Made by a program: the position numbers and the translations under genes. The notes below the pieces were generated by a model that had not been told where the DNA came from, ran no database searches, and saw only the letters and a list, made by a program, of their open reading frames with translations. Shown piece by piece: positions 53,753 to 63,900 of a stretch of DNA of 64,000 nucleotides (its first letter is position 1; each line of letters starts with the position of its first letter). This stretch comes from a virus. Lineage: Duplodnaviria > Caudoviricetes. The stretch lies in IMG/VR virus record IMGVR_UViG_3300014969_000018, positions 6,658 through 70,657 of that record; one strand, 5' to 3'.

Positions 53753-56700
53753 TCACCTGATCCAGCGCGCTACGCCGGGATACTTCTTCTCGAAAGCTGC
53801 AGCCACTCTCGGATCGTTTCCGCCATTCTTAAGCGCGTCAATGTCTGCTGGCGAAATGACAGAGACCGCTGCTCTAGCTGCGTACATCTCGGCTGGATGG
53901 TACCGGAAGAACCCATTCTCCATCGCATCGGCATCGCTGTGGTAAGCCGCGATGTTCTTCGGATTGTTCATCCAGTTATAGTGATCGCGCTCACGCTGGG
54001 CGGCTTCCCTGTTTGCAGCGATGACAACTCTGGCACCCTCGACTGTCATCTCAGCACCGGGGAAGGCCTTCACCGCCATCTGAACGATGGCTTGCGCGTT
54101 ATGCTGACCACCACCAGTCAGCCTCGACTGCAGGAAGCCGCCAACTGTCGTGTCCTTGAACGCGGCTTCCATTGCGCCCACCACACGAGGATCGAACGGC
54201 GGTTTCCCGCCCAATGTCCCTACCGTCCAGTTGACTAACCGCGCCGCCTCATTGCGCACTCCAGCACCCGGACCTTGAGACAGCAATCCCTTTGGCGGCA
54301 ACTTCGCTAGCTCGCCTTCCAGCCTCGATAATTGTCCAAGCGTATTCTCCGCAGCAGCATTGGTCGTGCGGACATCAGTCATGACCTTGTTGTAGTGGTT
54401 CCGGTTCGATGTCAGCACACCGGGATTGGGCCGCCTGATAACCCCCTTCTCCGTGGACGGGTTAAGCGGATCTTCAGGGTCTACTTCCGCTATTGGCTGG
54501 AGCGGATTGACGGCAGATGTTGTGGGCGTGTTTCTCCCCGGTATCGGCCCCGGCACGACCGGCCCTGCTGCCGCAGGCTTTGCTGCCGGTGGTTGTGGCT
54601 GGTTGGGTTGTGGCTGCTGCGCAGGAGGTTGCTGTGCAGGAGGCTGCTGTGTCGTGGGTGCTGGCTTGACCCCGCTCACCTCCGACATCAGCGGTCCCGG
54701 TGGCTTCGTCCCCGGCACAGTGGCGGGCGACCACCCGACCCTGCCGGTGGCTGCGTCATAGAACTGATCTGATCCGCTCTCTGGATGCGTGTACCCAGTC
54801 GGCTTCCATTGCGCCTTCTTCCCCTCGGCGATTTCTTTGTTCAACCGGTCTCTTGGCACGCTCCTCGCGTCATAGGACGGATTAGGAATGTGGCTATCGA
54901 CCATCGTGCCATCCCCGCGCTGCCACATATACGTGGGGAACTCGCTGCGCAGTTGATACTTGCTGTCGAGCAACTGATCCTCGCGGTTGTGCTCGATAGA
55001 GCCCGCCGCACCAGCAAGACCCTCGCCCAGCCCCGTCGCGAAGTACGGGCTCTGGCTGCGCAGCATGGCGATGCCAGCCTGCGTGAGCGGATTGGTCGCC
55101 CATCGCTGGCTCCAGTCACGCGGCGGCCTCTGCAGAGCCGGTATAGGTGTCGTCGTGACAGGACCGTAACCGAGGTTGGGAGCCCTCGGATCATCTCCCG
55201 GCAGCGGCGCTCGCCGCTTCTGCGCACTGACCTCAAGATCGCCTGCGGCATTTGGCGGCCCGCCTTCAAGCGGCGTGCCCTGCGAACCAACCGGAGCACC
55301 GGGACCGAAGCCGATGGGGGTAGTGCTGGGACCGGTGTAGCCAGCCGCTCTGGCGTAGGGCAGTCCAGCTTGTCCCTCGATGCCATAACGCTCGGCACCA
55401 ATGCTCGCTGTCTGCGGGCCACCGGCAAAGCCCACATCACGACCAGCCCTGCTGCGGCTAGCGTTGCCAGTGCCGAAGTTCACCGGGTTGGCACCTCCCC
55501 ACAGCGACTCATCGACACCTTGTCCGGTGGTAGCCCTCGCTACCCGTGTTGAGAACGGATAGTAGTTTGGATTGTTGACGATGTTATCGAGCGGCACGCC
55601 CTGCTGTACCGCACGGTCAATCGTAGCGGCTTGATATCCTTGCCGCGCCCTTGCGCCCCTACCCACCTCCGCCGTCGTGTTGGCATCAAAGATGCGCGCC
55701 AGCCGAGGATTGTCCTCAAGCTCACGCTGCACACGCTCGCGCGTCAGTTGGAGTGGCGAGACCTCATCAGCTTGCTGCGGATTACCTGCAGGCGAGCCGC
55801 GCGGCGGCCCAGTAAGTCTGCGTGACCCCTCAGTGCCAAGATAAGGCGCGAGCGGGTCTGGTGACGGGATGTTTGGCCGGGTGGGGAGCTTGTCCAGCCC
55901 GAGAGTAACGCGCGAGGGCGCAGCCGCCATCCTCTCCTTGAACACCCGCTCGTCTTCCGGGTTGCCAGTGCGCGGTATCACCGCCGGATCGCCAGTGTCC
56001 CGCGTATCTCCCCTGTCGCCCTCATCATCAGGGCCGCCGTCCTCAAGGTACTGGATAGCACCGGGAGCAACAGGGCCGCCGTGCTTGAACAGCCCGCCAA
56101 TCAACCTGCCAGCCGCTCCTCCGATAGCGCCGCCAATCGGGCCACCAATAGCCGTGCCGCCTGCAGCACCAAGCGCGCCGCCGATGCTGCTGCCGAACGA
56201 GGAGGAGCTATCCTGCGATGTCGTGCCAATCGGCGAGGCCGTCTGCTGCATGCCCGTGCTGCCAGAAGCAGAGGCAAGCTGCGGCGCACGTATGTACGGC
56301 TGCTTGTACTTGGGGATCTTGAACTTCCCGAAGATGTCGGGCGTCTCGGGCTGGGTCGGCTGCTGCTTGCCTACCTGCTCGATATCGTGGAGCACCTCGT
56401 CCTTGGTGCCGCTGTCGTCCTGACTTTTGACACTGGTGCTGCTGCTGTCCTGCTGGCGCTCTTGATCGTCGTCATAGTTATCGCTACGCGAATCATCGCC
56501 TAGGTAGCCGCCGCTGGCGAGGCGCGGCACACGACCGCCGTCCTTGCTGGTGAAGAGCCCGCCCGCCACACTGGCGAGGCCCAGTGCCTGCGATAGTGGA
56601 TTGGGCGTCGGCGGCGTGCTGACGCCGGTCGAGGACGCCGAGGTGCTGGTCGTCCCCTGACCCACCGTCCCCGTCAACGGGCCGATGCCGCCGAGGGCTG

Positions 56701-57376
56701 CGCCTTCCCAGTTCGCCACTTGGAACGGATAGGCTCCGCGCTGCTGCGCGTTGGCCGTCGCCACATCGAGTTCGCGCTGTGACTGTGCCTGCTGCACGGT
56801 GCCAGCCTTCATGGCCTCCTCGGCACCCTGTACGCTGAAGGACTTAAGCTTGTTGTACTCGTCCAGCGCCTGCGTGTAGCCAGACTGACGGAGCCCAGCG
56901 ATGACGGGGGCCTGCGCTAGCTGCTGCTGCCCGCCCACCTCCGCTGCCGCCACACCCATGCGGTCGCCGCCGAAGGCGTTGCCAGACCGGATGCCCTGAC
57001 TGAGCAGCGTGTTGCTCTGGATCTTGTTCTGGTTGTTGAACCAGTCCTGCGTGGCATTGACCACGTCCTCAGTATACGGAGACTCGATCTCACGTATCTT
57101 GGCGGGATCGAAGTCGCCGAGGTGCGTCCCGACATCGAACATCTGCTGGATGGCAGCAGTCTGATTGGGATTGAACGGCGCGACATTCGACTGCATCGCC
57201 GGGTCGAACGGCGTGCCAGACAGGGCCACAACCTTGTCGAGGAACGTCTCATAACGCGCTCCGGTCGCCGGGGATGGCCCCTGCGCGAAGTTCGTTGTGG
57301 ACATACCGGACGAGGTGCCGCCCGTGGTAGTCGAAGCACCTGATGGAGTCGGTGCGCTACCTTTGCTCCCGCACAT
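53753..57376 (-). CDS. Internal virion/DNA-ejection (pilot-like) protein
   Basis: Probable start MCGSKGS...TT; YTEDVVNATQD...GNAFGGDR..VA; Gly/Gln-rich helices; xxGGxV motifs. Confidence 0.75.
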   Translation of the reverse strand: MCGSKGSAPTPSGASTTTGGTSSGMSTTNFAQGPSPATGARYETFLDKVVALSGTPFDPAMQSNVAPFNPNQTAAIQQMFDVGTHLGDFDPAKIREIESPYTEDVVNATQDWFNNQNKIQSNTLLSQGIRSGNAFGGDRMGVAAAEVGGQQQLAQAPVIAGLRQSGYTQALDEYNKLKSFSVQGAEEAMKAGTVQQAQSQRELDVATANAQQRGAYPFQVANWEGAALGGIGPLTGTVGQGTTSTSASSTGVSTPPTPNPLSQALGLASVAGGLFTSKDGGRVPRLASGGYLGDDSRSDNYDDDQERQQDSSSTSVKSQDDSGTKDEVLHDIEQVGKQQPTQPETPDIFGKFKIPKYKQPYIRAPQLASASGSTGMQQTASPIGTTSQDSSSSFGSSIGGALGAAGGTAIGGPIGGAIGGAAGRLIGGLFKHGGPVAPGAIQYLEDGGPDDEGDRGDTRDTGDPAVIPRTGNPEDERVFKERMAAAPSRVTLGLDKLPTRPNIPSPDPLAPYLGTEGSRRLTGPPRGSPAGNPQQADEVSPLQLTRERVQRELEDNPRLARIFDANTTAEVGRGARARQGYQAATIDRAVQQGVPLDNIVNNPNYYPFSTRVARATTGQGVDESLWGGANPVNFGTGNASRSRAGRDVGFAGGPQTASIGAERYGIEGQAGLPYARAAGYTGPSTTPIGFGPGAPVGSQGTPLEGGPPNAAGDLEVSAQKRRAPLPGDDPRAPNLGYGPVTTTPIPALQRPPRDWSQRWATNPLTQAGIAMLRSQSPYFATGLGEGLAGAAGSIEHNREDQLLDSKYQLRSEFPTYMWQRGDGTMVDSHIPNPSYDARSVPRDRLNKEIAEGKKAQWKPTGYTHPESGSDQFYDAATGRVGWSPATVPGTKPPGPLMSEVSGVKPAPTTQQPPAQQPPAQQPQPNQPQPPAAKPAAAGPVVPGPIPGRNTPTTSAVNPLQPIAEVDPEDPLNPSTEKGVIRRPNPGVLTSNRNHYNKVMTDVRTTNAAAENTLGQLSRLEGELAKLPPKGLLSQGPGAGVRNEAARLVNWTVGTLGGKPPFDPRVVGAMEAAFKDTTVGGFLQSRLTGGGQHNAQAIVQMAVKAFPGAEMTVEGARVVIAANREAAQRERDHYNWMNNPKNIAAYHSDADAMENGFFRYHPAEMYAARAAVSVISPADIDALKNGGNDPRVAAAFEKKYPGVARWIR

Positions 57377-57986
57377 TCTTACCCTCGTCTCGTCCTCCGA
57401 CACGAAGGATAGTCTCGACTAGCGGCACCACTTCCAGCGTTCGCTCCTTGCGCGCCTTGAGGTCATGCTCCTCAAGCCGCCGCATCTCCTGACGCATCTT
57501 CTCGTTCTGCCGTGGGATCGCCCCGTACATGAAGAAGGCACCGACACACGGCATGTGACGTGCGTACAGCCGCACCTTGCCCTCGGTGCGGTCGAAGCTG
57601 TTGATGCCAACCTGCACCGGTAGCTTCATCAAGTTGCTCGTCCACTTGGCCTGCTCGATCAGCATGCGGGCATAGTTGCTCTTGCGATACTTCGGATGGA
57701 CGAAGTTCCACCGCTCCAGCAGGTACTCGTCGTCGCTGTACCAGTCGCTGACGATCAGCATTCCCATGGTCGCCACCACGCGACCGCCTTCATCGATCAC
57801 CCAGATGAACCCACCCTTGCGCCGGGTGGCGATCTTGATTCCCTCCCGTACCTTATCGTCATTCACCCCGAACATGCCGTTCTCGCTGTGCAGCAGCATC
57901 AGCAGGGCGAAGATCTGGTCCTCGTCAGCCGGGGTCGCGAACCGCACACCCGGCACGCCTGTCTCGGGATGGTAGAATGGCTTCAT
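57357..57986 (-). CDS. GNAT-family acetyltransferase-like protein
   Basis: VRFATPADEDQI...VIDEGGRVVATMGM...FVHPKYRKSNYARMLI; start trimmed to MKPFY. Confidence 0.8.
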   Translation of the reverse strand: MKPFYHPETGVPGVRFATPADEDQIFALLMLLHSENGMFGVNDDKVREGIKIATRRKGGFIWVIDEGGRVVATMGMLIVSDWYSDDEYLLERWNFVHPKYRKSNYARMLIEQAKWTSNLMKLPVQVGINSFDRTEGKVRLYARHMPCVGAFFMYGAIPRQNEKMRQEMRRLEEHDLKARKERTLEVVPLVETILRVGGRDEGKNVREQR

Positions 57987-60900
57987 CGTGATGGCCCCGG
58001 CAGCTTCTTCTGGTAGGCCTGCACCTGCTTGCGGATACCCTCGATGCTCTTGCACAGGATCTCCGTCCCCGCCTCGGGGTCACCACCACCCAGCGCCGCC
58101 ACGATCTCGGGGTCTACCAGCATCTCGCCGCCAGCCGTGATGATGGGCGTGGTCTCGTCGTCCATGTCGTCCAAATACCCGCCATTGGCGAACCCGTGCG
58201 GCAGACCCTTGGAACTGACCGGCAGATCCTGAAACGGCACCTTCTGCGGCGGAGCCACGATGGGCCGGGGAGCCGGAAGCTGACGCGAGCCGGGGCCGGT
58301 GATCCTGCCCATGCGTCCTATCCCACCCTTCAGTCCGGGGGCAGCCCCTCGCCGCATACCAGCAGCGGCAGCGCCAGTCACGGAATGCGTGAGCAACTGC
58401 CCCCACATCTTGGCACCCGCCATGGTGTTGCCCTCGCCCAAGCCTGACACCACGTCGGCTGGGATGACGAAAGACCCCGTGCGCGCCCGCATCGGGATGC
58501 GATCCGTGCGCCCCGGTACACTGGAATTGATCAAATGTGCGCCCGGTGATTGCACTGCTGGCACATTGATAGCAGCCAGATTGGAGCCTCGGGGAGGCTT
58601 CACGTTCAGCGCCCCGAAGTGTGACTGCTGCCCCATGGAGCTTATCGAGGACGGGCTCGCCACGGGCTTGGCCAGCCCACCGGCTGCCAGCCCCCGCACC
58701 AGCCCGCCGTGCGCAAAGCCGGGGGTCTGTCCCAGCCCAGCCGTGGGCGAGGACATCACGTTGCTGACCATGGCATCCACGTTCATGGGCGTAGACGGAT
58801 TGCCGCCACCCCCGGTGCCAATGTCGCTGAACCCCACCGAGCTTGAGCCTAGGCCAGCCGTCTGCTGGACCTTCTCCTGCTCCTGATTTTGCACCCCCTG
58901 CATCACCATCATCGCCGCTACCTGAGTAGAGACCCCGAAGGCCTTTGCCGTTGCCTCCACCAGACCGGGGGCCATAGCCGCCACCCTCTCCGGTAGTCTT
59001 GGGTTGGCGTCCGCCGCCTGTGTCGCCGAGGCTATCGCCTGCGCTGCAGCAGGCGAGGAGGGCGCGGGAACACCGGGCGCAGGCGAAGTGGTCGAAGGCG
59101 CAGGCCCCTGCGAGGGCGCTGGCGCGGGCGCGGGCGCGGGCGTTTGCGGAGTGGTCTGCGGCGTGGTGGTCTGGGGCGTCGTCGTCTGGGGTGTTGTTGT
59201 CGTCACCTCTACCGGGGTTGACCACGTCTGATCCTTATTCGCCTGCGTCATCGCATCGACAATGTCCGCGATAGTGGCAGGCGACCGCCCCTGAATGTCA
59301 GCAGAAGGCTGCGGCGACACGGCGGGGGCAGGAGCCGGTGTTTGCTCCTGTTGTCCCGTCTGCTGACTCATCGGAGTCGGATCGAAACTGTACGGATCAA
59401 GACCGGGAGTTACGGTCCCCGGCTCAGCTAAACCGGGAGCAGTGGAAGGATCAGCAGCAGGGAAACCGCCGAATGTAGCGGCATCCATCCCCTCGAACGC
59501 TTCCGCATTGGCATGACCAATGCCGGGAGTAGCAGTCGGCGCGGGCGCAGGAGCAGCAGGCGCGGCAGGATTGTAGCCCACCATCGCTTGCTCAATTCCC
59601 GCAGCGATCTGCGACGAAACCATGGTGCCAATACCGAAAGGCGCAGTTGTGCTCCACCCCAACGCAGCAGCAGCCTTGGTGGCAATATCTGTAAGTGCTG
59701 CCTTAGCCTGAGCAGGGGGAACCCCAGCCTTCTCCAAGGCTGATCTGGCCTGCGCCCCCTTCGCCATGGCGTCTTCTTTGCTGGTGATCCCCTTCGTGGC
59801 TTGCGTAACAATACTGTTAATCGTCTGCTGTTGCGCCGCCGCCTTCTCTGCTGGCGTAAGCGAGGGCGCAATAGCAGGATCAAGAGTGGACGGGTCCATA
59901 CTCTCGAACGCTTCCTCGTTGGCATGCCCCTTCTCGCCAAGACCAGTCTGAGCGTCCATCGCTGCTTGGTTCGCATGACCCTGCGTTACAGCGCCAAGAC
60001 CTTGAGCCTCCATCGCTGCTTGATTCGCGTGCCCCGGAGCAGGAGCAGCAGGAGCCGCCTCCATTGCCGCTTGGTTAGCGTGCCCTTGCTCTACAGCACT
60101 AAGACCGGGCGTGCTCCCCATCGTTGCCGGATTGGCGTGCCCCGGAGCAGGACCAAGGCCGGGAGCAGGCGCAGCGGGGGCAGGAGCAGGCGCAGCAGGA
60201 GGAGTCGCAATATCCGTCAAGGCTTGGGTCTGAGTAGCAATAGCTGCCTGCGTTGCAGCTTGGTTGTCCGCTATCGCTTGATCAACGGTTGCAGTGATGG
60301 CCTGATTGGTCAGTCCCGGAGCAGGAGCAACAACGCTCTTGTCAGCAGCCGTCAACGTGTCCGATACTTGTTGATCCTGCTCAGAAGCCGCCAACTGATC
60401 CACCACCGCAGACACATTCTCGTTCTGAGCTTGTGCTTCATTCTCTGCCTGCGCTTGTGCTGCCGCCTCCTGCGCTGCTTGCGTACTAACGGTGGCTGGC
60501 GCAGGAGTAAGATCGTGCGCAGCAGACAGGTTCTCCATATCCTGAGTGGTGGCGGGCGCACCCTTGCTTGCAGCAAAGTCTGCAGCGTGCGCAGCATCCA
60601 GTGCATCCTGCGCTGCCGTGTTGGCGTGCGTAGCAGCCTGTGTACCGGGAGCAGCAGTCTGAGAGTCGTCGTCAGTGCCTTGGGTGCCCTCAATCCCGCC
60701 AGTCTGCGCGCCGCCAGTGACGGCACCAGCGAGATCGGCAGAAGTTGCAAGGCCGCCTGTCATGCCGCCAGTCGGTGTGCCGCCAACAAGACCTCCAGCC
60801 GTAGGATCTCCGGTATACCCGCCGACCGTGCCGAGCCCATAGGTGCCGAGATTGCCGGGAGCCGCAGTAAAGTTGCCGGGACTGAACCCATAATTCGGAT

Positions 60901-63900
60901 CAGCAGAGAACGATGGACCTCCGGTTATGGTGCCGGGATCGAGTGAGTTGGAGAAGGCCTGATTGGCAGTGGCTTTCCCGCCACTCAGTTCGTTGGCGAT
61001 AGCTGCGCCGATGGTAGCCACGGTGCCGGGAGCAGGCGCGGCAGCGGGAGCAGTGCCGGGAGCAGGAGCATCAGTAGCAGGATCATCAGCAGACGTAGTG
61101 GGATCGCCAGTCGTCTGACCACCTGTCAGGCCGCCGGTCGGACCACCGCCACCGATAAGACCGCCAGCAGTCGGGTCTCCGGTATAGCCGCTGACCGTGC
61201 CAAGCCCATAGCTGCCAAGCCCAGCAGCGGGGGCTGCAGTGAAGCCGCCGGTAAAGTTCCCCATGCCGTAGCTCGGATCAGCCGAGAACGAGGGGCCACC
61301 CGTAACGGTGCCGGGATCAAGAGAGTTGGAGAACGCCTGCGCAGCAGTTGGACTCAAGCCACCACTGAGTTCAGCAGCAGTGGGCGCATTCACACCGGGC
61401 GCAGGAGCAGGCGTATTGTTCTGCTGCGCTTGGGCTGCGGCGCGATCCGAAGCTACTGAACCCAGTTCTGCCGCCTGCGCGGGGCTGATACCGAGCACGC
61501 TGCCAAGCACACTGCCTAGGTCCAGACTGGCTTGGTTGGATACTGGTGCGTTGAACCCCGGAGCAGGACCAATGTCTATCGGATTAGGCGAGGGCGGGGG
61601 CGGGGCCACAGGCGCAAACGGCTCCTGCGGACTTACCGGAACTGAAGGATCGATGGCTGGCCCGTAAGGCTCGTCGTGCGTCGTGCCCACATACGGATCG
61701 AGCGATATAGATTTCGACGCAATCTCCATACTAGGAGTGAGACCCCCCAGCACGCCCTTGGCATCAGGCCCAACTTCTGGTGCCTCAAGACCCGGAGCGG
61801 GTGCTGGAGTTTCCACATTACCCTTGTCATCAGTCGTCAGTCCGTAAGCTCCCGGTCCTGCAGGACCAAACGGTCCACCCGGATCGGTGGCGAATCCGCT
61901 GAAAGTATCGGTGGCCGGGGCTCCTGCTTGCGCAGGCGCACCATGCGCCACGCCAGTATACCCGAGGCCCTGAACAGCGTTCGTGATAGCGTCCGTAACA
62001 GCGGTGACGGAGGGCGCGAGACCCCCAATCACGCTTTGCGCATCGGGCTCAGCAGATGGCGCAGGCGCTGGGGTCGCCACATTGCCACGGTCGTCAGTCG
62101 TGAGCCCGTAAGCCCCCGGCCCAGCAGGCCCGAACGGACCACCCGGATCTTGCGAAAACCCGCTGAGAGTATCAGCAGCAACCGATAAGCTTATGCCGGG
62201 AGCAGGCGCGGCAAGACCGGGGGCAGGGGCAGCAACAGGCGCATCCTGAGTCTGATCCGCTGGGGCTGCAGCAGGATCAGTATCTACAGCAGCCGCGATA
62301 CTCTGCGCTTGATTGCTCTCGAACCCGCCGCCCTTAGCACCGCTACCCGGATCTGATCCTAACGCCCCGAAGTCACCGGGGCCTTGCGTCGTCGTCTGAT
62401 TGTTCGCCTTATCCATATCAACGCCCTTGCCTGCCAAGGCAAGTGCAGTCGCTACATCGAGGTCAGTTACCGCACCCTTTGAAAGATCGCCAAGCGGCTC
62501 GGTGGTTACACCACGATCAATGCTCGGCGCTTCAAACCCCGGATCGGGCTCAGCAGGAGCCGTAGCGGGAGGAGACAATCCGGGAGCAGGAGCCGGGGAC
62601 GCCTTGTCTGCTTCCGCCTGCGCTGCCGCATCCATGTCGGTGTCGCTGACACTGGGGCCGGTCTGCCCCTGTGCTGCCAGCGCATCGGCAGCCGCTTGTG
62701 ACACTGCGTCACCGACCGACAGGCCGCCGCCCCAACCAGCGGGAGCGCCGCCAAAGGCCTCATTGGATGCGCCAAAGCCGACTGTCCCCGGAGCACCTAG
62801 ACTGCCGAAGGTGCTCTCCCACCCACCCGTTGTTGGATTGCCGTAGGCACTGGGACTGAGCCCGAACGAAGCAAAGGCTGGACTTGTGTTTGGATTAGCG
62901 ACCGCAACAGTCGGGTTCGCAAAGGTCGGCTGGTCACCCACTTGCGGATTGCTCTGATCGATGTCGCCCGGATCATCGCTGGGCGCACCAAGATCACCCT
63001 TGCCATCGGTCGTGCTCAAGCTCGCGAGAGAGACATCTCCCTTGCTGCTGACATTCGTGTCCCCGAAGCCGAACCCGGTCGCAGCCGCAGCAGTATTGCT
63101 GGCAGTCGCCGCAGGCCCACCCTTGCCATCATCGCTGGCCTGATCGTCAGATGCAGTTACATCGGTGCCGCCGCTGACCGAGGTGGAATAACCGGAGGTG
63201 TCATCCGTGTCGCCCGATTGGTCTCCGCTCGCGAGGCCGCCACCGGGGCCGCTTGAGTAGCCGCCCCCGACATCGCTGGCGTTGCCCGCGAAGCCACCCG
63301 AGACAGTGTTGCTCGCCATGGCCGGGGAGGCACCAGCACTGGGGTTGCCACCACCGAGCGTGCCGCCGTAGCCGGGACCGTAGCCCGCAGCATAAGCCGC
63401 CTCGGTGGCACCGAGATCGGCAGCAGCCAGACCCAGAGCATTGGTGCCGCCACCACCAGCATCACCTATTCCGAAGGAGCCCGTCCCCGGCGTTGCAGCG
63501 CCGAGATCGCCGGGACCGAAGAAGCCACCGGACAGCGCGCCCACACCGGCATAAGCCCCATAAGCCGCCGCTTGAGCAGCAGGCATACCCGCCGCTTCAA
63601 GAGCCCCCGCGATAGCTCCGGGAGCCATGTCGGCAGTCAGGCCAAGAGCAGCAGCAGAGATGCCGCTGACACCGGAGATGCCATACGCAGCAGCCGATGG
63701 GTTGCCGAAGTTGCCAGTGTCGGGACCGGCAGCCGCTGGGCCACCCTTGCCGCCCGGATCGCCTAGGCCGAAGCCAAGCCCCGAGGCAGCAGGGCCTCCA
63801 GACACTGCGCCCGGTCCAGCACCGGGGCCTGCGCCGGGGCCACCCCAGCCTGCACCCGGACCCCCGCCGGGGCCTTGTCCGGGACCGCCCTGACCCTCAC

